DNA from: Eledone cirrhosa
Taxonomy: Eukaryota
Direction of reading: 5' to 3'
DNA: 64,000 nucleotides
NCBI GenBank assembly: GCA_964016885.1
Contig: OZ024740.1
Coordinates: 351,602,001-351,666,000, forward strand
In this document: piece by piece, positions 27,401-41,600 of the stretch
Position numbering within the stretch: position 1 is the stretch's first letter
Layout: each line of letters begins with the position of its first letter
Made by a program: the position numbers and the translations under genes
Notes under the pieces: generated by a model
What the model was told of the DNA's origin: nothing
What the model saw: the letters and a program-made list of their open reading frames with translations, nothing else
Databases searched by the model: none

Positions 27401-30400
27401 GGGTTTGGCAGGTCCTTCTCAGCACAGATCTCTCCCCATGTCACTTCTGGGAGTTTCAGTGATTTGAGGTCAGCTCTCAAAACTTCTACCCAGGTCTTTC
27501 TTGGTCACCTCTACTGCAACTTCCTTCTACTGGCATTTCCTGGCATTTCTTCACCCAACAATTGTCCATGCACATCACATGTCCAAATGATAGTGATATT
27601 TGTATCTGCTAAGTGTTTTTGATTTAATCTTGGGGGCCTATTTTGTGGTAATATTTTACAATAGGATGCCCTTCCTGGTGCCAATCCTTTTAATCATCTC
27701 TTATGGCATACAGAGATGTAGTCTACCAAATTTAAACTCGATATATGTGGCTTAGAAAGAAAGATATGGTTAAAGATGATGTAAGCAAGGAGGTTGGTGA
27801 AAGGTGATGCAGACAGTAGGGCAAAATGGAGAAGATTGTTACGGGTCCAAAACCAGCTTTAGCAGGAAAAAATTACCTTAAAAGACTTGTGGTTATACTT
27901 GATTTTATCATAAGAACTATTTGAGGTTCAGCTAACCCATTAATCTGTTTCTATTTTTTATCTATTTAAAGGTTCTACAGATACAGTTGTCTACTCAACG
28001 GTTGGTATCAATGATCCTGTCACATCAGCCTTACATATCATTATGGGTAAGTCATGCCATAGTTAGTTTGTATTTGTTTCATTTATTGTTGTAGCTAAAC
28101 TTTATTCTCTAACAATGGATTATGATCTGGTATTGTACAGAGGGAAAAGTGTCAGCCCGATTCCTTGAGGAAGACACTTCATTTCACATTACTCCAGGTT
28201 ACTCAGTTGATATAATGAGTAATCGCAGCAGCTGGAAGTCAACCCTGTAACTGGCTAACATCCCATTCAAGGGATAGTCTTGTACTCTCATGCTTAATTT
28301 TGCATGAAAGTGGGATAAGTTCTTGCTCGAATAGCCTCTAGGATCAAGAAAGACTAACAATTACACAGAAATCACAGATAACAACCTATCATGTTATAGA
28401 AGATAAACAACAATCTTTTGTCTAGATTTAAAAAGGAACAACAACAATAATAATTTCTAATATAGGCACAATGCCAAAAATTTGAGGTGGAGTACATTTA
28501 GTTGATTAAATCAACTCCAGTACTTGACTAGAACTTTATTCACTTGTCCTATACTGATGTTGCTGATAGAGACTGCATCTCTTGCAATCTTCAACTTTCT
28601 GACATTAATTAGTTTCGACCCTGACTTACACAAATACACTTGAAATACCGTTGACATCTTTCTCATTTTCAAATCCTGATTCTATCAAACTATCATTGTC
28701 TCTGCACCTTTCAGGTTATCTAAAAACTGACTTATTACCTGCCCAATACCTGCTCCTCTCCTACCTTTTCAATGCTATGGCACTTCCAGCTAGCTGAGTA
28801 TTTGGACAGCTGCTAATTATGTGCTAATTATCCCTGGTAGCTTTTTACCAGAATTCATCAGAAACAAGGTAGATTACTGAAACAAACATTGGCACACACA
28901 ACTAAAACTCACAGCTCTAACTTGTTCACTTAGCTGTGCTGCAGAAATCTGAGAAAACAACACAACCTTCAACACTTGGAGATAATCGCCTCATTCCACA
29001 AACTGAATTGTTGTTACCTGCATGTATAATATATGTAAATATTCAGATTTGTAAGGAAGGCATATATGCTTTTTCCTGGACTTCTGTGAAAATTTGGTTT
29101 TATTGGTGTTAATGTATTTCCAGTGGTATATCATGAGGGAGTAGAGTGAGAAGAGCAGCTATTCCCATACACTTGGGAAAAGGAGCACAACATTTTCTAT
29201 TTAAGTTGTGTGATACAAGGAATTGAAACCAAGTCCTGGGCTCACCAAAATGCTGTTCTTCCAGGAGACAATTAAAGGGGTTAGTGTCGGGAACCTAGCA
29301 ATAAGTCCACTTTTGACCCATGTAATCATCAAAAAGTGAATGTAAAAAGGATGATGGTTATAAAATTGCCTGCAATAGTAGTAGTAATAATAATGGTGAT
29401 TATGGTAGATCTCTATCACTTTTTCATTTCATGTGAAAATATAGTTGTATAAAGTAAACAATATTGATTTCAATAATCCATTTATTGATTTGAATTAAAC
29501 ACTCATTAAGCTATGGTTTCATTAAAAGTTCATTTCCTTTTCTCATTGATATCACATGAATAAAATTGAGTATTGAAACAATTCCAGCTAAAATGACACC
29601 TTTTGTATAAAATGATTCCAGGTAAAACAACACCTGTTTGGAAAATAATGAATGTTTTTGTATATGTAAATTTCTAATTGATTTTATATTAAATGCTTCT
29701 TTTCAATTCTGTGTTGAATTCATCACAAAACATATAAAAAGGAAAATGAACAGTACATAGATGTTTATTATTTATTTTTGTTTTTATATATCTGTGATGA
29801 ATTGAAAAAAAACCCATTTAATATGAAGTTAATTAGAAATTTATATATACAAAAGGTGTCATTATTATCTAAACAGGTGTTATTTTTCATGCAACTTTAT
29901 GCCACAGGAATGTTTTGTAGGATTACAGGATTGGCCTACAGCTTCTTGTTGCCTTGTATGAATGCCCTAATATTGGTGTTAAGATAAATGGTGCTAAGCT
30001 GAAGGTTGCTGTCAGACTCTGCCTGGGGTGCATATTGTTACCTCTTCTGTTCAAATCTTCATGAATAGGATTCTTGCACTTAATTCAATCTCCCGCCTTC
30101 CATTACTTGTGAGCATGGCTTCGAGATATTTGAACTTTTCCATCTACTTCTGTGGAACTCTACTTACATGTAGAGTGCACTGCACAGGCTTCCTTGAGAG
30201 GACAAATGTCTGTCTTTGCAGTATTGATTTTCATTCCTGCCATGCAGCACTCAGCAGCAAACCTATCAAGTGTATGTTGGCTTGGACAACTTCTTATTGG
30301 TCTGATGTCTCTATACAATTGCCCTAGCATTTATATTCAGATAAATGGTGTTGCATCAAAACCTCACAGTTTATATCTATGAAATTCATTCACAAGACAT

Positions 30401-33400
30401 AGGTTCGCTTGAGGCAGTAGTAGAAAGCACTTGCCCAAGGTACTATACATTGGGGTCCGACCCAGATCCACATGGTTGTAAAGCAAACTTCTTAACTATA
30501 CAACTGTACCTACATCTAAGTAGATATGTGAAACTGTTTCCCATGTGATTTGCAACTGAAATAAAGGGACAATTTAAATATAATTAATATATGAGATACA
30601 TTTCTTTCTTTTTGGTAATGAGAATGTATTTGATTCTTCTGATTTCTGAATACAAATTACAGATAATAGCTTAGATGAAAAGTACATTTGAGCCTCTCAC
30701 CCACAAAGATCTGTGTAGTAAACATCTGAATTAACAATCACATTTTTAGGTATTTTCTGCTAAAAGCTTTCAGGATGTTAAGAATTAAGTGAGATGGACT
30801 CACTTTGAAATTGCCATTTTTACTTTGATCTAACATTTGCTCACTTTGAAATCATTCTCACTATAAAATTATGTATACTCATTTAGAGTTACAAAATACT
30901 ATAGTAGCTGTGTTTGTCATTAACTTGTGTTATTGTAAAATCAATATTGTTTTTCTTGAAGGATTTTAGATGTACTGCCAAAAGGTTTTTACAACCATCA
31001 CTTTAGAAGGAATTTAATCGAATACTGATTGCCAAATAATTATTTGATACAAGGAAAAGTAAATATTTGTTTATTTATTATCATTAGGAGACTCCATGAA
31101 TATAGACTGCTGTTCTATATACCAAAGGGACCATCTTGTACGCTACAGTGTTTCATTAGTTGGTTACGGTTATTATGGTGATGTTCTGGCAGACAGTGAA
31201 AAATTCCGCTGGATGGGTACGAAACGATATAATTGGTCAGGTAAATTGTGTTTTAAATATTGATTTAATTTAGACCTGTTGTTATTTTTATTCATCATCA
31301 TTTAACATCCATCTTTTCTGCTCACAAGGGTTGGACAGGTCTTCACAAATTGAGTTAGTACTCAAATGGAGCTACTGACCTCTCAGATGGGCTGTAGGGC
31401 TACATCTCACTTACATAATGTTCTTGCATGCACCAGCATTAGGGAGGCTGTCATGTCTTTGACACAACTAAAGTGTGTTTCTCTCCCTTTGTTTGGTGGG
31501 TTTTCTACGTCTATATACCCTTCCTATCATCATTCACTTTACAGAGTGTACTGGGTGTATTTATTGTGTAGAACACCAACACTATGGAGCTTGTCATGTC
31601 TATAACACAGCTGAAGAGTCCTTCTGATCTTTTGTTTGTTTCTTCAAAAGCACCTCCCTACTCCATATTCAGTTTTGCTTCAATAAATCTATAGTACACA
31701 GGTCAGAATGTTTCAGTGTTGTGTTGGACAATAGTTCAATATTTTAGTACTAGCAATAGCATTGGATGCATTGAATTTTGGGAGTCCAGGATTACTGGAT
31801 ATATGAACAACCATGCTAACTATGAAATTTGCATTTTGATTAATGGTTTGTATGAGACAGCTTCTATAGTTTAAGCTGATGACTGACACATGGAAGAGAT
31901 TAAATACAAGAATGATGTTTTGATAATTTATTTCTAGGCTATGATTAGATAAATGTTAAACAATAAATGACACACAGCATTAAATATATGAGTAACTAAA
32001 TAACTATTTACTGAGATAAAAGTAGAGTTAGAACCCAAGACTTTGTGATAGTAAAGTGGACTTCTTATTGTAGCAACATGACAGAGATAGGAAATGCATT
32101 GCATGTATATGTGTGTAAATTTTAAAAAGTTACAGACTGATATACAAACACATGTAGCATATCATTTTGGTTCATTCTCATGTTCAATGGAAGTGAGGAA
32201 CACACAGGGTGTGTGGCCACCACCATTTCTAGAGATACTGCCAAACCATTTAAACTTGCTAAGTAAGTTGGATTTTTTTTTTGTTTTTATTAAAAGAAAA
32301 ATTATGGTTTAGTCAGAATAGGAAGGGCAGCATTCATGATGTTTTTGCAGGACCCCTGAGACTGGTGAGAGAAAGGAAGTAGTTATTCTCAGACCAGAAA
32401 CATAGTCTAAACGTTTGCAATAGTATGAACTCAGCAAGACATCTAAGGGCCATCTGGTGGTGTCAGTTTGTACCCTAGAACAGGTACATTGTGTCTAATG
32501 AGCTACCATACAATTTACATCTACTCAATTGCATTCAAGGCCTAGGTCAACTTGAGGCTATGGTAGATTATACTTGCCCAAGTTATTGTACAGTGGGATC
32601 AAACAAGGAAATACATAATTGCAAAGCAAATGTCTTAACCACATAACAACCATCTTTATGACTAGCTCTGATTAAAAAAATATATGGATAAGTTGTTTTT
32701 TGTTTTTGATTTTTGTGAGAGGAAAGGTAATATTTGAGAGACTGTTACTATATCCTTGGGCATTATATGCTCTTGAGAGACATAGAGTTGATTCCATTGG
32801 AATTAAGTAGTTATAGCATCTTTTCTACACCATTTCCTAGCTTCTAAAGTAGACAATAATTATAAAACAAAGTTTTCAGTGAAACATTTCGAGGTTTCTT
32901 GGTCTCCAAAGGTCTTTGACGGATATTTGTATGTACTCTTTGGTGGTTTGTAAATGGACTTTAGTCAAATATAAGTTATAAGCTCTTCTTATTGATTGCT
33001 GCTACATAAACAAAATAATCAATATTTCTTATAGCATATGTCTTTTTTTCATTTTCTTTCTTTACGACTCGTTAGTTAATAATATGATTATCAGAAGTGG
33101 AAGAATTCTTATTACAATTATAGAAGTGTGAATGACACATAATATGTATTAATCAAGTGGTTAAGGTGACATAATATTAATGTTAAAAAGTCTGTCTTTT
33201 CTCTTACAATATCTTATTAGACAAATTTCTTCTGTGGTTGTTAGTAATTGTTTCAATAATGGATATTAATATTAATGTTGGACTATATTAACATTGAAAC
33301 AACAGATGTAAAAGCTCAAACATGTGCAAACACATAAAGTAGAATGTTTAGAGCATGTTTAATACTTCATGTTCAATATATAACTTTGCTGTTGAAAACA

Positions 33401-35636
33401 GAATCTGTGTTTGTTGTGTTGGAGACCAACCAAATCTGTTTAAATAAATATGTAGACATGGCTGTGTGGTTAAAAAAAAATTACTTAGCAGCCATATGGT
33501 TCCCAGTTCAGTACTTGGGCAAATATCTTCTGCCATAAACCATTAGTGGACCAACATTTTGTGAGTGGAATTTGGCAGATGGAAACTGTGCAGAAACCTG
33601 TTGTGTACGTATATCTGTAAGCCATGCATGATTAGTTGATGGTGCTGGGCTCATATTCATAAGTTAATGAATTTGATTCCCAGACTAGGTAGTGTGTTGT
33701 GTCCTTAAGCAAGACAAATTATTTCAGGTTGCTCCAGTCCACTCAGCTACATAAATGAGTTAGAGAGACACTGGTGCTAAACTGTATTGGCCTTTTTCTA
33801 GGACATCATCACAGGAGAGGGGAGTCTGGTGGTTTTCTACGAAGCACTCTGCCCAGGCTTGCTCCTTGGTCAGTCATGACCGATGAGGGCTTTCTACATA
33901 TGTCTGTCTATTGTATGTATGTTACCACAGTCTGTTAAGATATTATTCTGTATTCATCATCGTCACTGTTTGTCTATCTTTCCATACTTGCGTAGGTTAG
34001 ATAGGTCATCCACATTATGGCGCAAGTCTGGCCAGTTGGTTGTGCTGTAATTGCTCAAATGAAACTGTATTTTGGCCAGGAATTTTACAGCTAGATGCCT
34101 TTCCTAACACCAACTGCATTTACAGTGTGGAACTGGGTGGTCCTGTTTTGAGACAAATCTGGCCAGATGGCTGCGCTATACCTTGCACATATTGGGACTG
34201 TGAGTTGGCTGGATTTTTACAGCTGCTGGATGCCCTTCCTAACACCAACCACGTTTACAACATGGAACTGGGTGGCACCATTATGAGGAGGGTCTGGCCA
34301 GTTGGCAATACCATATCCTGTTCACAGCAGAGCCCTATTTTGGAAACTGGGTGGCACCATTATGAGGCAAGTCTGGCCAGTTTGCCACGCCATACCTTGC
34401 TCAAATGAGACTGTATTTTGGCTGGGATTTTTACAGCTGGATGCCCTTCCTAACACCAACCACGTTTACAGTGTGGAGCTGGGTGGTCCTGTTATGAGAC
34501 ACGTCTGGCCAGATGTCCACGCTGTAATTTTTGCATAGTGATGTTTTTGCTGGCTATATATATGATATATATAGCACATATGCATGTATATAACATACAA
34601 TACATAATACACAATATACATATATAATATACATTAACACACATATAGAGATAATACACAATATATACATAACACATATATACAATAAATATACATCACA
34701 CATATACACTCAGATGATACGCAATATATATATACATATACAATATATATCATCATGGTCATCACTGTTTAACGTCCATTTTCCCATGCTGGCATGGGTT
34801 AGATGAGTTGTCCTGTTGTGATCAATGTCAGGTTATATATAGTATGTGCGTATATGTCTATATGCAGTATATACACATGATTTACAATACGTACATATAC
34901 ATATGTCATATGATGTAACATGATAACTGTGAGAAGTAACGAGGAGGTGGGGGGGCAAAGGCTCTGCCAAACAGCTAACCGAAAGGGGGTGGGATGCGGA
35001 AATGTTAGGGCCATGTGCTTGGTTTTACTTCAAGAGAGTAAATAAGCATTGAACATTGACATAAAGCAAATGGGGTACCCCAGGAAAGTGAGAGTGGAAA
35101 ATTTATTCAAAATATTGCTTGAATAATCTTATCTTTTCATGGCTGTTTTTTTGACTGGATTTTACTTTGAGAGAGAAAGAATGGGAGTTGCAGCTTTTAT
35201 GTAGATCCAATAATTTTCCATCTACTCAATTTCACTCACACAGCTTCAACCAATTTTGAACATTTATTTATCAGAAGATAGTAGTGGAATAGCAGAAACA
35301 GTAGAATGCAGGATTAAGTGTAACAATTCTACATACATCAGTATACCCAGCTGTAGAAGAATGACCACTAGATTATCTGCAAATATTACCTGCAATAGAC
35401 AACTAGTGCTGCCAAATTCAAAACAATTCATCTAAAGATGAATGTAGAAATGGATGTGTGGTTAAGATGGCTATTTCGCAACGATGTGATTCGAGGTTTG
35501 ACTCCACTGAGCAGTACCTTGGACATATGTCTTCTACTCTAGCCTCAGGGCCACCAAATACTATGACAGACATAAACTGTATGGAAGGTCTTTGTATAAA
35601 TATGCGAGCATGTGTATGTGTGCATGTGTATATCTT

Positions 35637-35672
<36 letters not shown>

Positions 35673-38600
35673 GAGAAACTGAAAAGCCAGCAAAACATCC
35701 TTATCACTCTCACCATCAGAAATACAGTGAACCAGTGAATGGCTTTTTTGAATCCTGTAAATTAAGAACACTATTCTTCTTATAGTTTTTTTTAACCCCC
35801 CACCATTTCACAATTGTATCCTTTGCATAGATCCTCCACTCTTTGCCATTCAAAGTCACAATTATGTTTATATTTACCAAAATAATTGCAACATCAAGAA
35901 GAACTATGGTCATAGATTCAATTGACTGTTTTTCTGTATCATCATCATCATCATTTAATGTCCATTTTTCTATGTTAACATGGGTTAAACAAGTTGTCCG
36001 TTTGAGGAAAGTTAGGTCAGGTGACCGTGTCTTGCTCACACAGAACTGCTTCTGGCTTGGTTTCTATGGCTGGATGCTCTTCCTAACACCAACCACATTT
36101 ACAGTGTGTGCTGGGAGCTTTTTGTCTTGTCTCCTACACAACCACTTTACAGTGTGGGCTGGATGCTTTTTGTCATGACACTGACATGACCACTTTAGAG
36201 AGAGACTCTTGAGTTACAGAAAGGCAATGACCCAGTGATTAGCCTGTTGGAAATCTGTAACTAATGGCACTGTTGTTCACCAATTGCAAAATATATGCCC
36301 AAGGTGTCACACAGTGGGATAGAACCTGAAATCACATGGTTGTAAAACGAACTTCTTAATCACACAGCCATGCCTGCTGCACATATACTGTTTCATATTA
36401 TATTTCCCCTGTAGGTGTCTACTGCACAAGAAGTTTTACTTTACATTCCTACTTTCAATGTTTCCAACCTGTTCATTGAATGTTTTAAATCTATTAGATT
36501 AGGTTGCTATGTGTAAATATGCTTCTGTTTGCTTGTGTTTGAAACAAGAAAGTGGGCAGGGGAATCAGATAAACTATTTTTGTTTTAAAAAGATATTACA
36601 TATCTTTGTTACTAATTGTTGTTTAGCTCAAGGTCAGCCTTTTTCAAATAGACTTATAATGAAAAGCATTCCAGTTGTGACTGTCCACTGATTTTCTCTT
36701 TTCTGTCATAGTATCTAGGATTATGTTATCTTAGTATTGAATTGACAGAGGTATGAGAACATTGGATGAAATGCCTTGTAGTATTTATTCTGGCTCCTTA
36801 CAGTCTGGCTCTTTGCATTCTGTGTTCAGATTCCATTGAGTTCAACTTTACTTTTCATCCTTTCAGAGTTGATAAAATAAACTACCAGTACAGAGTGGTG
36901 GATTGGCAGAATTACTAAAACATCAAACAAGATACCTTTCAATATTTGTTCCATCTCTTTGCATTCTGAGTTCAAATCCTACAGTGATCTACATAAGTAG
37001 CACTTATTCTATTGTCAGGTTTAACAACACTACATAGCCCTTGGGTTCATTCAGGGCAGCTCCCCAGTTTAAGGATGCCATCTTTGGCGCCCTTGAAAAG
37101 GGTCTTTGTCACTGATTGCCCTTCCTCCTGAATAAGTTATTAAAAGAATGTCCTCCATTTTCCAAGATATTAGTGTGTGATTTCAAGGAGATTTGGTTGC
37201 TATTTTTCCATGTCATGTGATCGTGTAAAGGCTCTCACTCATCGTGGTTAGTTTTTATTGTAGTCAGACTGAACTGAAGATAAAATTTTATTTCACAAAG
37301 CAACATTCTTTAGTTTTTATTCTAGAAAGTAAAATTAAACTGAAATAGTGAAATGTTGTTAATTGTATAATAGGATGAAAATCTATGTAACAATATATAT
37401 AAATGATAGGTCAAGTGGTCATGTTAGTGTTAGATTAATCCTTTTGATAACTAACTTCATGAAACTGACCCTGGTTATATGATAGGCCTGTATATTTTAA
37501 AGTGTTTATGTTTATCCAAAAAAGGCAGCAAATTTCTACTCTTTGACACAAGGCCAGCAATTACCCAGTGCATTACTGGTACTTTATTTTATCGACCCTG
37601 TAAGGGTGAAAGGCAAAGTTAACCTTGGCGGGATTTGAACTCAGAATGGAAACATTAATAATGTAGGATAGAATATTCTGGCTCTCTGCATTCTGAGTTC
37701 AAATTCCACTGAAGTCAACTTTGCCTTTCATCCTTTTGAGTTGATTAAAAAAATACCAGTTCAGTACTGCAATCGATTCTTCCTCTCTATCACTCTCTCA
37801 AGAAATTGACTGTGTTCAGACCTGGAGAGGGGATGAGCTCCATCAGGTTTAAATATGCAAATCAGGCTGTATGTCGCTATGGTGACCCTACAGCTCCATT
37901 AGGAGTTACAGGTCCATACATACATTTATTTAAAAACTGTCCATCATAATTTTATATAAGAACCTTTGTGAAGTTATGCTTCAAACACCAACTTAATAAT
38001 GAGAAAGTTAGTTATTTTAGTAAATCTCTTTCAAATTCTTGATTATTTTTTAAATGATTTTAAAATTCTCAATAACATCTTTCATTAGAAATGTGATAAC
38101 GAAAGGGTTAAATGGTTATGTTATCAGATGTCATAGCAGCTTGTAACAAATGCTGTTTAATATATACATATCAGCTTTTATGTTAACTAATTTCACTGGT
38201 TTTAATTAAAAAATATGTTTTTGCCATACCTTTCAGTGTGTGTGTGTATTAGTTTACTGCATGTGTTTTCATACCAACAATGTCTAAACAGCTGTGACAT
38301 TTGTCCCACATGAAAAATATGCCTCATTATGTGGTTGATGAAAATGAGTGCTTTTTATGAAACCAAAAATATGAGATGACATTGTGAAAAACTACTTCAA
38401 AAGTCTCATTTCACTCTTTAGCATTTAAACCAGCCATATCCGACCAGAACTCTCTTACCTCTTTCTGCTCAAACCGGTTGTAACTGGCTGCTCATACCTA
38501 CTTTAAGGTATTGGTCTCAAATAAATAACATCAAGATCTCGTAGATTCAATATTATGTGAAATAATTATGTAAGATAAAGCCTTTACTGTGAAAATACAA

Positions 38601-41600
38601 TAGTAAATACAGAATAATGTAAATGCTAAAGGGTCAACACATGCCAGAAGAGAAAAGCAGTCATAAAAACAATGTTAATGACATCGTTACCCACTAATAT
38701 CTTTGAGACTGGTCCTTTATTGTTGTTGTTTAGCTCCAGCTCAGCCATGACCAAGGAGACTTATTCATGATCAAATGTATAGTAAAATAACCAACCAATT
38801 AAATTAATCTATTGGAAGATGTTGGCTTGTATAAAGCTATCACTTGGTCCTTGGATGTCTTTACTGGAGTTAACACCTTGCTCACTTTTTATCCTACACA
38901 TATTCAGGCTAAGCATCTGCCATATCAATCTCACCAATCTTGGAGAGCATCTTCTCTATGTAAACCCTCCCACTACCTTAAAAAAATAATGTTTGGAACA
39001 TAATTTGACAAAAGACTGAACTTTATTTAGTTTAGACTAAAACTTCAATTTATTATTTATGTTATATGAAGGGGGTGAATTTATTATTTTGTTATATGAG
39101 GGTGGTGAATTGGCAGAATTGGTAAAGTGTCGAACACCATGCTTCGTGGCATAGAGTTAAATCCCACTGAGGTTAGCTTTGTCTTTCATTCTTACGGGGT
39201 TGATAAAATAAAGTACTAGTAATGCCTGGGATCGATTTAATCGATTTTCCTTTCTCCCCAAATTGCAGGTCTTGTACCTAAATTTGAAACCCTTGTTATA
39301 ACAATATTCAGAAAAAAGGCTTTAATCTTAATAACACTTTAATGCAGGTGGCTTAGTAACAATAGTTCCAGTGGATTCTTGGGCATATGGCTATCAAAAG
39401 GGCTAATATTGTTTGATTGATATTTTTTCTCCTTTTTCTCCCTAGGATTTAAGAAGTTTCTAGCGAACCAATCCTACCAGGGAGAAGTTTCTTTTCTATC
39501 TACTACTGTTCGTGATAGTAATCCACGAGACAACACTCGATGTTTGTCAGGGTAAGTAATCAATACATCTACAACAGAGTTGTTCTACATTTTTTCTCAT
39601 TTCATTTAACCCTTTAGCATTTAAACCAGCCATATTTGGCCAGAATTCTTTCACCTGTTTCTGTTCAAACCAGCTATAACTGACCTCTCATACTGATGTT
39701 AAGGTATTGTTCTCAAAATAAATATCAAAATCTCAAAGATTTGATATTATGTGAGATAATTATGTGAGTTAAAGCCTTTACCACAAAAATATAATAGTAA
39801 ATATAGAATAATTGTTTCTACTTTAGGCACAAGGCCAGCAATTACCCAGTACATTACTGGTACTTTATATAGAATAATGTAAATGCTAAAGGGTTAAACA
39901 CACTAGAGCTCTCACTCTCTATCTCTTTTTAATTTTCTCTCTATATTCCCCCTTTCACCTTCACTTCTCAAACTATAACTCCTAATGTTTAACTTTGATA
40001 AATCTGTATTTGATTTCTTAGTCTTTATTTAATGAGAGTTGTTATAATTTAATTATCTTTGATTACTTTAGTCTAGCAATTATGATTTTATACCTTAACC
40101 CTTTAGCATTTAAACCGGATGTATCTGTCCAGAATTCTCTCTCCTCTTTCTGTTCAAACCGGCTGTAATCAGTTGCTCATACTTACATTAAGGTATTGTT
40201 CTTAAAATGAATAATATCAAAATCTCTTAGATTCGATATTATGTGAGATATTTATGTTCAGTAAAGCCTTTACCTTGAAAATACAATAGTAAATATAATT
40301 TAAATACTAAAGAGTATTTATGCCATATTTCTCAACATTGTGGTGGTGGTGTGAGATTCTTCAATGATGTTTCTTTGTTGTAGATTGGTGGTTAAGAGGG
40401 AGACTAGAGCAGAACATTTTTTTAAATATAGATGTAGTTATAATTGAATTTTAAATAATACTAGCAGAGGTACCTGGCGTTGCTCGGGTATTAAATAGCA
40501 GTTGTATATACCATTTATGTCAATACTTCAGTGCTGCTTCGAAAACTATACTTTTACAAAATCATCGGCTTTTTCCAAAAGGGAGTTCCTGCCCCCAGGG
40601 GTCCCCTACTCAATATGTGCCAATTCTGAGAGTTCACATTCATCTGTAGGACAAACGTAGCCCATGTCAAGTTTTGTGAAAATCGGTTGCGAACTCCAGA
40701 AGTTACGACGTTTTGTTGCATTGCACTGCAGTATTTCAGTCGACTCCAAGGAAGCGGTTGAAGGGGGTTATCTGCCAGGAGGCCCTATAATCAATATCTA
40801 GAAAAATGAAAGTGCCCATGACCATCCAGAGTACATAAGTACCCTATGTCTTAAGTTTGGTGAAAATACTGTAGAAATGCATAAGGTTTATACATACACG
40901 CGCGTGTGTTTGTGGGTGTGTATGTATTTGTGTGTGCGTATGTATGTGTATGTCCGTCGGGGCATACGTATGTACTGGCCTAAATCTTCACTATTTACTT
41001 TTATTATTTTACGGTGAATTGGCAGTATCGGTAGAGGGTCGTCCCTTTACGATCTGAGTTCAAATTCATTCTTAAACTCCAGGGCTGGAAATCATTCGGT
41101 TATTTTAAATAGAATATTAGTCTAACGACTCTATTTATACCATAAACTTGGTCTTGTCTTTGCATGAAATTGTTCTTCTCGGTCCACATAACGACGTATT
41201 ATCCTCGCTTTTTTTCCGTTCATGACCAGGGAACGTCTTCACAAACCAAAATATCGTCTTCCTGTTTTCCTTCGGTTGCAACGTTTTTCGAAATATTTAC
41301 TTCTGCGTTCACAGATTAAATTTTTTTAGTTTCAGAAGATCCCATTAATGCTGAAAGCAGCGATTCTTTGCTTAAGCTTTAATCTGTTCTTATAACATAT
41401 ATATCATCATCATCATCGTCATCGTTTAACGTCTATCTTCCACGCTTGCATGGGTTTAGACGGGAGTTTTCCCACTTGAGGCAAGATTGGTTGTCCTGCT
41501 CGTATAGGACTGTCTGGCGGGGTTTCTATGGCTGGATGCCCTTCCTAACACCAACCACGTTTACAGTGTGGACTGGGAAGTTTTTACCGTGTGACCTACA

